From Octopus vulgaris (Eukaryota): a DNA stretch of 64,000 bases. Position numbers and translations under genes: made by a program. The notes beneath the pieces are model-generated. The model saw nothing but the letters and a program-made list of their open reading frames with translations. It searched no databases and was not told the DNA's origin. Where the stretch lies: the NCBI GenBank assembly GCA_951406725.2, contig OX597821.1:63178001-63242000 (forward strand). The letters are read 5' to 3'. Each line of letters opens with the position of its first letter. Position 1 is the first letter of the stretch. Below, in pieces: positions 46,764 through 59,689 of the stretch.

Positions 46764-46765
<2 letters not shown>
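46591..46765. mobile_element. Palindromic mini-element in (TA)n carrying a hammerhead motif
   Basis: Central inverted repeat ttcgtcggacagttttt / aaaaactgtccgacgaa; outer atatgctttatt / aataaagtatat; TA runs on both sides. Confidence 0.75.
46693..46730 (+). ncRNA. Minimal type I hammerhead ribozyme (U4C core variant)
   Basis: ctgt-CCGACGA-ACG(GGAA)CGT-GAA-ACTC(A)GAGT-A-acag. All three stems pair perfectly; GUA cleavage triplet. Confidence 0.78.
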
Positions 46766-46854
<89 letters not shown>

Positions 46855-46964
46855 ACATATATAATCACATATGTGTATGCATGAGAATTTTACCTGATGC
46901 TGGTGGCATATATATGTTGAAGTGATCTTTTATGACTGCATTAAATAAGATAAATTCTACCGGA

Positions 46965-46996
<32 letters not shown>

Positions 46997-48342
46997 TCAT
47001 GCATATATATGTGTGCGCGTATGAATAAAATATATCAGCTGTTGGAATGTGTACACCTTGAACTTAGGACTGACATCCCTATTATTATTTTTTAACACTT
47101 ACGTGCTCCCAATCTAACCGCAATGCACTCTCGATACGTAACCTTTACTGCGATGCCCTGTTGCCTAAAACCTTATATGCATAAAATTCGCTCGACGAAA
47201 ATTGTAAAGAATTAAATATCTAAAAGGTATTGCTCCAGTATTTTCACGTGCCGATGATGGAAACCAGTTAATGCATAAGATATCCAACTAAAAATAAAGA
47301 AAATTATCGAAATATTTTGCAAAAAATCTTAACTTGTCCAATGCAGCATAAGAAGTTAGAAATACATATAAACACATGAAGAAAATCAAATTCTGCGAAC
47401 CTATATATTAAGTTCGTTGATTTATAGGATGCAGCTTCAGCGAATTCAAGAATGTTTGAAACTGTGGTTCAGCTATAGGGACATGTGTATTTCTAATTAT
47501 ATGTTATTCAGTTGCACTGCTGCTAATCTTAATGCAGTTCAATGTGCGTAGGATTCGTTTTCTGGCGTTAGTTATAGCACGTAATATTCGGTAGGCTATA
47601 TAGAAATCGCATGGTATTTCGAACTTTACATTTCAATATTAACTACCTGATATTATTATAAAACAGAATTCTCAGACACTTTTGAAATGGTAGTGTTATG
47701 CAACTAAAGAAGTCGATAGTTTATCGTTAAAATTAAACGCAATGAATTTTTACACGCAATAAACTTTACTGCGAAAGATATTTGGCTACTAGTAAAAAAT
47801 AAAATTAAAAAAACTGCGAATACTTGCGAGTAGAATTCAATTCCAAGAACAAATATGGTTTTCTTAGCAAACTATTTGTAGCTGATTTGTAGCTGATTAG
47901 TTGGTTTTAGCATTACTTATTCGTTTTATGAACCTAAATAATAACAGAGAAACTGGTTACATTTCATTATCTTTCAACAGAATAATGTACGCGTGGTCGT
48001 CAAACATGTTATCCAAAATAATGTGTATATTAATAAATGACCGCTATATTTTCTAGTGTTTTAGTAAAAGAACCCTTAAAAACTGTGCTGTTTTTATCTG
48101 AGGTTTTGTTCCTATTAGAGTGACGTATGCTAAAGTTGTTACATACTTCATCAACACTTCTTTTTCCAGATATATTACGGTATAATTAGAAATACATAGA
48201 ATTTGCACAGAGCTTGAAGAACTTGAGCGTGATTTGATGGATTTCTTTTTTTATTACTTCTAGAAGATGCAGCCATCTTGTAGGGCATCCCATGTCGGCT
48301 ATTTTATCTTTGAAATCTTCCAAGTGTATCATGCTCTTCCTC

Positions 48343-49210
48343 TGTGGGTGGAAAGTAACTAGGCATTTGAAATTGTTTATAGAAGAATTTTTAGTATCAC
48401 TGACTTCATGACGAAAACATTTATTAAGTAGATAACACTAATGGGGATTTGCTTTTATTTTCTTATTGTTTTCTTTCTTATTTCATATTTTCCAGATGGC
48501 CGGTCGCTTGACTGTTCATGAGCGAGCTAAAATAGCAGCATGCTATAAAGTGTGGAATTCCATTGTTTGATTCAGAGATAGTGGCGTGAATGGAAAGGTA
48601 AGCGTGCAACATTATGATCGGAGACAATAAAAAGTTGTCATGCAAAGCTGATGACCACGAAGTAATGGCTGTCAAACCCCATCCTGATCAGCGGAGAACG
48701 TGGTAACAGTGCAGGAAATGTTTCATTGCAGCCCACAAACATCAACACGTCAAGCAGCTCGTAAAAGTGGACTAACAAGACACCCAATACGTACGGTGTT
48801 GCCTAAAGAGGTGAATTTTCGTCCGTGGAAACCCATTACGTGCAGGAGCTAAAACCCGAAGATTATGACCCCAGAAGTCCAGAAGTGCAGATCTCCCTCC
48901 ACGTGATTTTTACATGAGTTACATAATCGAGGAGGCGAACAAGACAAAACCTCGCACACTGGAGGACTTGGAGACACAGATTTAGGAGGTTCTCAATCAA
49001 ATCTCAGACGATGTCCTTTTGAAGGTTGTTCATTCCATCCCCGGCCGTTTGAGGAAACTAGTTGACGCCAGCGGTACTTACGTTGAAATATGAAAATTGA
49101 CTTTCATTTTCCCAAATAATAAAGAAAATGTGCAATTGGTTTCAATAAATTTGTGAAAGGAATATGAATTATATTACCAATTCTTAATGCCTTTTCACCC
49201 GCCCTTTATA
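48343..49210 (+). mobile_element. Internally deleted Tc1/mariner-superfamily transposon (DUF4817-type N-terminus)
   Basis: ATG at 48496: MAGRLTVHERAKIAA.Y.VW..., ENVVTVQEMFHCSPQTSTRQAARKSGL...F.PWK, YVQELKPED, joined directly to RSADLPP.DF and KPRTLEDLE.QI...RL..LVDA.G.YVEI* (stop ends 49093). Imperfect TIRs gggtggaaag...ggcatttgaaattg and caattcttaatgccttttcaccc. Confidence 0.82.
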
Positions 49211-51104
49211 TTTTTGTAAGCGCCACGAAGTCACATTAGTTTTTGTAATTCTTAATTTATGAGATGTAATAGTAAAGTAATATTGACAACTAAGCTATTT
49301 TTAGTTTTAATTTTCAGTCGTTTAACGTATTCAAATACATAATTATTACATTTGTTAAATGTGACAAACCGATAGGTTGTGTTCTCAGCAATAAAGAATT
49401 TCTTAGCACGATTTACGTTTAGTGAAAATGAATTTCCTCCTGCTTTCTACATAATTCATTACATTTAATTTCATTACTTAGCTCTCTCGTTCAACTTTTG
49501 TTACCGCATCTATACATCCATTACACACTTAATTCTTGCAGTGTAGAAGCAGTGTCTGTTACGTAGTTTTACAATTATCATTTGATTTATTTTGTGAGTG
49601 ATTTCAAACTTACTTATCTTGAAGTTATTGTAGTGAAAGACTAATGGAAATAAAATGGAAATAAAATGCAGATCAACAAGTTGTAAACGTTTTAAATCAT
49701 ATAATATATCACTCTTCAGACGAGTATTAATGATAAGTGCGTGAAAAAGCAATGAGGGGTTATGTGATAGTTGTGTGAGAACAATATTTCTAGTGCGTCA
49801 CGCTAGATAAGATATAGTACATTACAAAAAATGTATCCATTAGAAAAAACGTTTTCAATAAAAAAAAATAATCATGTTAATTTTGATGAAATATCTATTG
49901 TAAGTAGACGCATAACTTTACCTGGAATTTATCAACCAACTGTAACCAAGTTATATGATACAAAAACTTATTTGAATACAATTCATTGGATATTGTGATG
50001 GTTTGAAACTAAGGAAACATTGGAAATGGTTTATGTTAATACTGTGTTTTCCTATAAGCAAAATTGACATAAGTAAAATCAAGAATTGGAATGTACTTAC
50101 AAACACACTTTAACCTGTACTTTTATCATATAAAACATATAACATTAACAAATATTCGTAATATTTATTATAGAAAATAGTGAAAGTGCGGGAGTCAAAA
50201 TTACTGAAAGACATTTTTTATTTCATTAGAGTCATCTCCTATTTTTCTCCACAAAACAGACTTCCATGTTATAAATATTACTTTGAACTTCGACTGGCTG
50301 TGTTCGGTTTTCTATAAATGTTTTGCTTCCGACTGAATTTTTATAAAAACCATCACAATATTAACAGCTTAAGCAGTAAAGTACTTGAAACTAGACTTCG
50401 CATTTCATCTAATCTAAATGGAAGAGTCCAAAAAAACAAAACAAAAAAATTCTCATTACTGACTTGTTCTGAAATATCCTTTGATATAATATACTAGTAT
50501 CATGAGAGACACTTGGGTGACACCTGGAATGATTTGATATGCATACATGTCTGTGTGTTTGTTGGTGTTTGTGTATGTGTGTGTACGTGTATGTGCGTGT
50601 ATACGTGTGTGTGTCTTTGTGTGTGTACGTAGCAAACGAAATTATAGATAATGTAAGTGATCGAAATATTAAATTACCCAAATATTTTGTTGCGAAGTAG
50701 AAACAGAAATATATATTTCACTTCGTGTTCTTAATTTGTAATTTCGTTATTACTTTTCTTTTATGCACTCATGATTTTACTCTCAAAGTTAGTCATTAAC
50801 TACATTTGTCATTAATGACTAATATGAGAAAAATTTAGACCTTTTTTTTTAACTCACTACCATTAAATTAATACCATATTTGTCAAATAATGTTATGGCT
50901 GTGTTGACCACTTTATGTTTATATATATATATATATATATAAATATAATTGTATGTATGTATGTATATATATATATATATACACACATAGTAAATTCAAG
51001 GATGTCATATCCTCATTAGGGATTCATAAATCCAATATCTCACTGGTTTAATATCCATTACATATATTATATATGTTAAATATATATATATATATATATA
51101 TATT

Positions 51105-51400
51105 CTTTTACTCTTTTACTTGTTTCAGTGATGTGACTATGACCAATCTGGAGCACCACCTGTAGTCGAGCAAATCTACCCCAGGACTTATTTTTGTAAT
51201 GTCGTATATTCCATCATCCGTCTTTAATTTGCCATCTACATAACGATCACTGTGAAAGTGACTGTGCTTTACGAGTAAGATATCAGGTGTAAACTATTCG
51301 TTTTATCATCCATTATACACACGCATCTATATATATATATATATATATTTATGTATATATATATGTGTATATATATATGTATATGTATGTATGTATTATG

Positions 51401-51440
<40 letters not shown>

Positions 51441-51501
51441 CACGACCACGAATCCATGTGGTTTAGAAGCAAGTTTCTTACCACACAGCCACTCCTGTGC
51501 C
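51105..51501 (-). mobile_element. SINE family A, fragmented
   Basis: Tail 51105-51198 and head 51445-51501, with unrelated or microsatellite sequence between. Confidence 0.7.
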
Positions 51502-51779
51502 TATATGATGATTTCTTTTAAATATTTAAATAATTTAACTTCCCACCATTAGTAAACACATGATTTGGGATTTCGTTCATATTATTTTCCTGTTAAATAT
51601 TTAAAAATTGAATTATGATTTATATATATTTTTAAAAAATCTTTCTTTCTTTCTTTCTTTTCGTTCCTTGTTTCTTTGTTTCTTCCAATTCTTTTATTCA
51701 TAGCTGTTTGTCGCGAAAATAATTTGGATCTGTGACAATACTTTTAACTGATTTCGCTCGAAACAGTACCTCCAAACGG

Positions 51780-52330
51780 AAATATGTTTAGCTCTCTGCT
51801 AGGTATAACTGAATACCTAATAGGAGCGCTTCATATGAAGGTATTTTTAGAAAAAGTCAATATCGGAAATATAACTTTAGAGCTGAAAGATATAGCTCTT
51901 TGGTTTCGGCAGAGTTGTATCAGAATTACTTATATTTCTAAATCGATACAATGGAAAACAAAACCACCACGTCCAGAGGAATTACACAGAACGTCCATTA
52001 CTTCTCCCAAGCAAACAATGTGATGTGTTGATCCTGCGAATGTTAGCTTCCTACATTACTCCTTTGCATATCGAATTTGAAACTTGAGTGAGAGCTATAA
52101 ACTGTATACAGCTGACTGAGTTTTGGAGGACCAGTGATACTAACAATCAAACAGCACTGTTGAAGCTCATACAAAATAATTTTGAATGAGAGCTGAATAA
52201 ATTTGAGAAAGCTGCGGCATTAATCTCAAAAGATTCTCTGATTCTATTTTGAAAACAAAATGGAAGAAAATTATCCTGAATTCTAAGACAACTTTCTTCA
52301 GTCTACCCAGGAGTGGGCGCAGATATATGT
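51780..52330 (+). mobile_element. Possible ancient Tc1-like transposase remnant
   Basis: QW....RPEELHRTSITSPKQTM*C resembles W...NPH.LH..PLHSPKVTVWC; little other support. Confidence 0.3.
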
Positions 52331-52635
52331 AAGGTTTTATTTATTAATTCATTTATTTATTTATTGTGTGTGTTTGGATATTCACTTTAATTTTCCCCTG
52401 AAATTAGGATGTACTGAACGACGTACACGCTGTTCTTGCTATGTCATTCTTTTACATTTTTCAGCTCAGATGTAGCTAAATCGAACTACAAAACAATTTT
52501 TGATAGCAAATACATACATAATATACATAGACATATATAAATTTCTATCTATAAATATACATATAAATATAAATAGATATCTATAAATGTGCATATCTAT
52601 CTATAAATACACACACACATAATATATATATATTC

Positions 52636-52900
52636 ATTCTTTTATTTGTAAGCCTAGTATTTATTCCATCCTTCTCTTTTGCCGAACTGCTATGTTACGG
52701 GGACTTAAACACACTAACATCGGTTGTCAAGCGAATGTCAGGCGACAAACACACACATATAATATATATATATGTATATATACGCGGGCTTTGCTCGGCC
52801 CGAGGCTATAATAGAAGATACTTACCCAAGGTGCCACGCAGTTGAACTGAACCTGGAGCCATATGATTGGAAAGCAAGCTTCTTAAAACATAGCCACGCC
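52636..52900 (-). mobile_element. SINE family A, partial
   Basis: ttgccgaactgctatgttacggggac...cggcccgaggctataatagaagatacttacccaaggtgccacgcag. Confidence 0.82.
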
Positions 52901-53622
52901 TATATATATATATGTATATATATACATACGTAAATATATATTGATTTATATGTATGTACACATATATACATGTACATATAACACACATATGTGTGTGCGT
53001 TTGTAGGTGTGCACGTCTGTGTGTGTGTATGTATATGTGCAACAATTGCTGTGTATGTAGAATGATCTGCTTTATATATTAAATCATTAATGGTAACTTA
53101 CATGTATGTAAAAACATAGTGTGAAGAAATTCAGCAAGAAAACATATGTAAAAGTTTCTATTTGCAAAACTTGCATACACATTCGCTACCTATATAAACT
53201 GAATAACATTATCAGGAATATTCTTATGAGATATACTTAAATGAATACATATAAATATAAATGAAGAACCTGATACCCATACGGAAAATATTAAATTTCA
53301 TGTAACGTTTTTGACGAAGGTTTAAAAAAATGCATTTTACAACTTTTCTCATTCATAAAAGTATTGCAAAATTTTTCACTTACTGCAAGAGAGTGTATGA
53401 ATCTGCATCTCCATTAAAAGGTTTCAAGTCAATTTTTTTTAACCGCAGTATCAATTAAGGAAACCGGATGTTTCTCAAACATTTAAAACTTATATATATA
53501 CAAACGAAAATATGGTACTTAACTTTTACTAATCTCTCAAATTTCACAAGGAAATCATAGTTGTAAATATATGTGCATACTAAAATTCATACATACAAAC
53601 ACACACACACATGCACACACAC

Positions 53623-53667
<45 letters not shown>

Positions 53668-53669
53668 AA

Positions 53670-53706
<37 letters not shown>

Positions 53707-53889
53707 TCTATATGCTTTTTAAGCATTAACGTTTCTGCATTAATATGAAAATTACAGTTATGCATATATATATATGTACATACATTTTCATACACTAAAT
53801 ACATAGAGATGTATGAATATATGCACAAACACTCAAATGTATGTGTGTGCGTGTTTGTGAGCATATGTACATGTGTATGTATGTATTAT

Positions 53890-55800
53890 TTGAACCCTTT
53901 CATAAACCAAATGATAATATTAAGTATATAAATGTAGCATACAACCATCCACCCTTAATAATATGGAGATTAGTGAAGAATATTTCAATAAGAATATGTA
54001 GGTTATCTGCGAATAAAGAACTTTTTGAATCACATGCATGATATTACAATACTGCTTGAGCTAGAGCTGGATATCGAGAGAAAAATTTCAATACATACTA
54101 GACAAAGGTAAACATAGCTCTGCCAATTCCTCTAATCATAATATACATCGCACACCAACACAACGTAATAATAAACGGACTGATTCAGATCGCGATACAG
54201 GCCAGGACTTGGTCAAGGCAATAAACTACAAATCAAAACTCATAGACACACATAACACAATAATTCTATTGCTCATAATACAGTAAATTGTCCCAACCCT
54301 GTACAACACACAAGAACAAATAAACCAAACAACAAATATAAGAATCATGATGACTTTTCGTACAACCCAATCTACGGTCACATGTTTTAAAGAAGATCGC
54401 TGGGAAAATTTTTGATGCTTTAGACAAATGTTTCCGGAAATCAAATAGATAGCATGGCATTTTTAATAGAATCACGATGAAGGTACAATACATTAACATT
54501 ATTAGTTTAGAGCAGTATATGCACCGCATTAATAATAGTAAAATGAAACAACAGTTCAATAATCCACCGACTGCAACTAGCAAACATATATATCAAAATA
54601 CCTAGAAAGGAGATGTAAGCCGCAACGGAAAACACCCGATAGACCCGTATCGTGATAGTGGCAATAATAGTGATAGTTAACACGGTAACAACATCACAAC
54701 TGCCATATACACAACTAAATGCAATAAATGGCCATGAAAAAGAAAAATCAACATGCCCACTGATAAACTTGTGTATGAGTACAAATCTTGTATATAAATG
54801 CACCGTACCCACAAAGGGGAGAGGATCGTGTGTGGCAACGACTGTCTCATTCAAGAATCGTTATCACAACCATGTCACCAGCTTCAAGAAAATCAACAAG
54901 TGATATCAATCAACTTTGACCGATTTTGCGTGACGACTTAAGGAAGATAAAATTAAGTATAACATAACATGGCCCATAGTAAGTCCCGCAAAACCATATG
55001 ACATTATTTACAGGAGATGACTCTGCTCCAAGGAATCCCTCTCTATTCTGTGAACCAATGACAATATCATTAACAGAATTTGTGAAAGAATCTCAAGATG
55101 CTTACATGCATCTTTTTCTTTCACTCTAGTTTCAGCTCAGAGCTGCGGCCATTCTGATGCACCGCCAAATATAAATACACTTCCGCACAATGTAGTGGGA
55201 ATGACATTGAGTAACCGTCAAAATAATTAATAAACATAACTCACCTTACGATATGGACGAATAAAGTTTAGCTGTAACTTTCCCATTCTTATAAACAACA
55301 AGTAGCTATTTAATTCGTTATGTGAACGTATGTGCCACAAACCACACGTATGTGTATGATATCTTTCTATTTATTTGTCCATTTGAGTGTGCATGAAGAC
55401 ATGTATGTACATGTACAGTTATATATGCGTACATCTCTTTGGATGTGTGTATGAGCAATTGTACATGTGCCATGCCACCTACGCGAGGGCGTTTCTACAT
55501 CCATATCCGTTAACGGTTATATTTAATACTTTTTTCGTTGTAATGTGTATTTCTTTATTTTTTCCATCTGTTATCTTTTATTATTGATCTCTATAAATGA
55601 AGATATATACTTTAATTTGCTGATTTTCTTTACACGTACCGAGATGATATCTTGCGGAGCAGTCATTATTATAACGAGCTATATCTAATTATTACCTGAT
55701 GAAACACATCTACACCGACGGGTGCTTCTAAACTAGTTAAGTATCGATACTAGACGGGTCGAAACAATTGTAGTGATTAATAAAAATTCTCGTATTTTCT
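53890..55800 (+). mobile_element. Decayed Penelope-like element (RT thumb, linker, GIY-YIG, 3' tail)
   Basis: PFHKPNDNIKYINVAYNHPPLII..L.KNISIRI.RLS; GKIFDALDKCF.KSNR*HGIFNR.TMKV.Y; CPL.N.C.S.NLVYKC; FKNRYHNH..SF; LKE..I.YNITW.IV..AKPY. A hammerhead motif and AATAAA follow at the 3' end. Confidence 0.88.
55691..55777 (+). ncRNA. Type I hammerhead ribozyme motif in a Penelope 3' tail
   Basis: attac-CTGATGA-[58 nt stem II region, imperfect]-GAA-AC(AATT)GT-A-gtgat, followed by aataaa. Confidence 0.7.
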
Positions 55801-55824
55801 ATCTTCCGCCTTTCTCATTAGCCA

Positions 55825-56054
<230 letters not shown>

Positions 56055-56099
56055 GAAAGTTGGTTTGTGAAAGCACGTGGTTGAATATATAGAAAATAG

Positions 56100-56720
56100 T
56101 AAAAAGTGAAAAACTACAGCAGGCTTAAAGATTAAAAAATATATATATTTGCGTCAATATGTCTGAAGAATATTAAAAATTATTTATTTATTTATTTTTT
56201 TCTTACAATGACATAGTTTAGAAGAAAGACGGGTTTCGCGTTTAGCTTTTCAAATTTCTTACGACGTTGTTTATGTTGAATAGAGTTATCGTTATGTTTA
56301 TGTTTAAAAGAGTTCTAAATAAGGGGATGTAATGAGTGATTTCTTCCGGTGTAAGGGAGATAATCGCTTAAATTTTTTTCTTTTCCCTTGGTGTGAATTT
56401 CTCTGTATCAGTATGTTGGCATGGTTAAGTCTGGGCTTGTACTTTCCAATGAAGAATGTTTCCTTGTTTAGTCTAATTTGTGTTAATGATCCGATAGCAC
56501 ATTGGTAAAATGGAAAGATTAAAAATTGTGGTAGTAGTTGCTTTGCGCATATATATATACATATATATGTATATATACATGCATGTATGTATGTATAAAT
56601 ATATACACGTGTGTATGTGCTTAGTGTGAATACTGCATTTGTCTGTAAAAGGTTTCCCCGCAAGTGCATGACGAATTATGTGTGCATAAAATTCACGTCT
56701 TTGTGCTTCGTTAGATAATA
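56100..56720 (-). mobile_element. Penelope-like element 3' fragment (second family)
   Basis: Minus: CAKQLLPQFLIFPFYQC...IRLNKETFFIGKYKPRLN resembles the GIY-YIG C-terminal E..FI....P.LN motif. A hammerhead-like motif lies downstream. Confidence 0.7.
56222..56260 (-). ncRNA. Minimal hammerhead-like motif (U3-A8 core variant)
   Basis: Minus: aagaaa-t-TTGAAAA-GC(TAAAC)GC-GAA-AC(CC)GT-C-tttctt. Confidence 0.55.
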
Positions 56721-57958
56721 TGCTCTATTCCGAGTTAGTTGTTTATAACGTGTAATTGAATTTCATGATAGTGGATTAATAATTTCGAGTTGCTTATAGG
56801 GAATTTTCTACAAAACTTGAATATATGTGTATGGGTTGTCGTTGTGAGGATCTCCAGCTCTTGAAAGTTTCTTTGCTTAATGACAGGGAAGTAATTCTTC
56901 AGGGTGCACCTTGCGCCAGTTTTGTAGATACCAAAAGGAAGAGGAGAATTAGTAAAACTATTTGCTGACACGTCCCCTCCAGTTTGTTGAATATTGTAAG
57001 TGTAGGTATTAATTTTCAGCTTAAGAGATTTGAACGATTCTATAATATATCCTTCGGAACCTATGTTGTGCCTGTCGCCTATTTACAGAACAAAACTGGT
57101 GGAAGGTGGCCTTCTTTTATGACATATCAACAAACTCGTGAGATTATAAATGTCTGACTTATCAAACGATCCCAATTTTACACTGGAAGGTACATTCTGT
57201 GTTTTACTTTTTCTCATAGTCTGAACCCTTGACAAATATTAGGGTGCTTCTATGATGGAATATGATATTTAAGTATTTATTCTTTAGCTAATTTGAGCGA
57301 CTTATTAATTAGATTTCACTAATCATTTCGTATTTCCGGATGTTTCAAATATTCCTGTCTTCATCTCTATTGTCTTCTATCGCAAAGCGATTCTTGCACT
57401 TCGCTTACAGTGTAAGAATATCTGAGCACTCACAAACACATACACACACACGCACACACACAAACAGATACACATACATTCATGTATATATATTGTGAGC
57501 GTATGTGTGAATGTGTGTGTGTGTGCGTGTGTGAATGTGTGTGTATGTATGAATGTATGTGTATGTTTGTTCCTGGGGTGTTTGTGTCTGTGTTTGTGTG
57601 TGGAATATAACTTGAGAATATGACAGTATTGTCTGAATATTTCTCCACTCATTTACAGAGAGACATTAGAGAGAGACTGACTGATCCTTCAGTTAGTAGC
57701 GCAACAAGGTGTCGAGAGTATGAATCCTGTTACAAGATCTATTTTCTTCTATATTTAGCATTTATAAATCTGACGCTTTAATCTGCAAGCTTGTAAACGA
57801 GAATAATAAGTTTGACAGAACAGCGAGAATGCATCTATATCAGCATAATAACTCTATTTATTTTAACGAACAATGAAAATCTATTGGCTTAATCTAGCAA
57901 TTGATTTTACGTCAGTAATACAGAGCTTCATCCTACATATTGTAATATATAATAAGGT

Positions 57959-58175
57959 AAGGCGGTGAGTTGGCATAATCGTTAGCACGCCGGGCGAAAT
58001 ACTTAGCGGTATTTCGTCTGCTGTTACGTTCTGAGTTCAAATTCCGCCGAGGTCGACATTGCCTTTCATCCTTTCGGTGTCGATTAAATAAGTACCAGTT
58101 ACGCACTGGGGTCGATCCCATCGACTGGCCTCCTCCCCAATAATTTCGGGCCTTGTGCCTAGAGTAGAAAAGAAT
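57959..58175 (+). mobile_element. SINE family B (tRNA head plus Meta/MESC-like central domain)
   Basis: aaggcggtgagttggcataatcgttagcacgccgggcg...gagttcaaattccgccgaggtcgacattgcctttcatcctttcggtgtcgattaaataagtaccag. Confidence 0.9.
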
Positions 58176-58244
58176 ATGTGTAATCAGGTGTTTTATAGAA
58201 AAACATGAATTAATTTTCAGTTGAAATATCGTCAAATTCTTTCA

Positions 58245-58663
58245 CTTGTTTTAATCATCTGCCGAACCACTAAGTTAGGGGGCGTAAACGAACCAGCATC
58301 GGTTGTCAAACGATGTTGGTGGGAGGACAAACACAGACACACAAACATATACACACACAGACATATATATAATCAGCTTAAATTGCGAGGATAATCTGGT
58401 GCTTGACTGAAGAAAGAAAACTTCGAATGACCCGTCCTTGTTTTCCTTGTATCGTCTATCTGGATGTTTTGTTGTCCCTTTTTGCATCACATAGCTGCCC
58501 GGATGTTTTGCGTTCTTGTCCCATTTTATATATTTAGCCGAAATTGCGAAGATGATCCGGTTCTTGATTGAAGATTGAAGGTTTCGAATGTCCCGTCCGT
58601 GTTTTTTGTATCGTCTTCTTAATGTTTCACGTTCTTGTCCCAGTTTGTATTTTTTTACAGTTA

Positions 58664-58725
<62 letters not shown>

Positions 58726-58897
58726 CGTTGGGCTTCTTTCAATTTCCGCCTACCAAATCCACTCACAGGGCAAGGCTTTGGTCGGCCCGAGGTTATTATA
58801 CAAGACACTCACCCATGGTGCCACGCAGTGGGACTGTACCAGGAAACATGTGGTTGGTAAGCAAGCTACTTACCACCCACACACCCACTTCTACGCC
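58245..58897 (-). mobile_element. SINE family A with a tandem-dimer insert in its internal microsatellite
   Basis: 3' part 58245-58370; insert 58374-58660; head and CORE 58725-58897. Confidence 0.85.
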
Positions 58898-59042
58898 TAT
58901 AACAACTATATAATAATTGTATTTTGCATTCGCATGCACGCTACAGCAATGCACTTTCTTCCTTCTTGGTTCGGCGATGAGTTTTAACATTACACCATGT
59001 TGTATAGATCACGTTACGGAAATGTATATTTTCACTTGACTC

Positions 59043-59247
59043 ATGTCAATACAAAGCCCGAAATTTTGGGAGAGGAGCCAGTCGATTAGATCGACCCCAG
59101 TACACAACTGGTACTTATATCATCGACCCCGAAAGGATGAAAGGCAATGTCAACCTCGGCGGAATTTGAACTCAGAACGTAAAGACAGACGGAATGCCGA
59201 TAAGCATTTCGCCCGGCGTGCTGAAGTTTCAACCAGCCCGTCGCCTT
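59043..59247 (-). mobile_element. SINE family B
   Basis: Reverse complement of 57959-58175. Confidence 0.9.
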
Positions 59248-59689
59248 CAAGTTTAAGTATTCTATGGTAATCACATATATCTGTATATCAGAATGTATGA
59301 AATGATAATAAACAGTCTAGAGGTCCAGGCCATGTAAACCGTCTACATATAGTCATATAAATTCACGTGAATAAATACTTAATGTTTTAAACGTAAATAT
59401 CACAACGTTATTCTTCTTCAGATATAACATAAAATGTTTTGCGAAGAAAATTAATTACTGCCAACTATAAACCAATATGGTTTATACAAATTTTCTGAGA
59501 TGCTATCGCATCCAGTTCTTTCGTGTATTTCTAATTGCAGTTGTTACTTTCATTTTTTTTTTTTACTTCGATGAATAAAGATAAGTATTTTCCCCAAAGC
59601 CTTCCACTGACGAATTTTACTCATTCATGTTTCATACATTTATTTAGTCATACTAGTTTACGTTGAAGTCATAGAATTTTACTGAACTA

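Noticed and set aside
50789-50822. 11-bp inverted repeat ttagtcattaa/ttaatgactaa (similar short palindromes at 39328-39364 and 60249-60266)
   Set aside because: Short AT-rich palindromes with no supporting context.
58402-58440. CTGAAGA...CGAA hammerhead-like string
   Set aside because: Lacks the A15.1-U16.1 pair and stem I, and homologous copies do not keep stem II.
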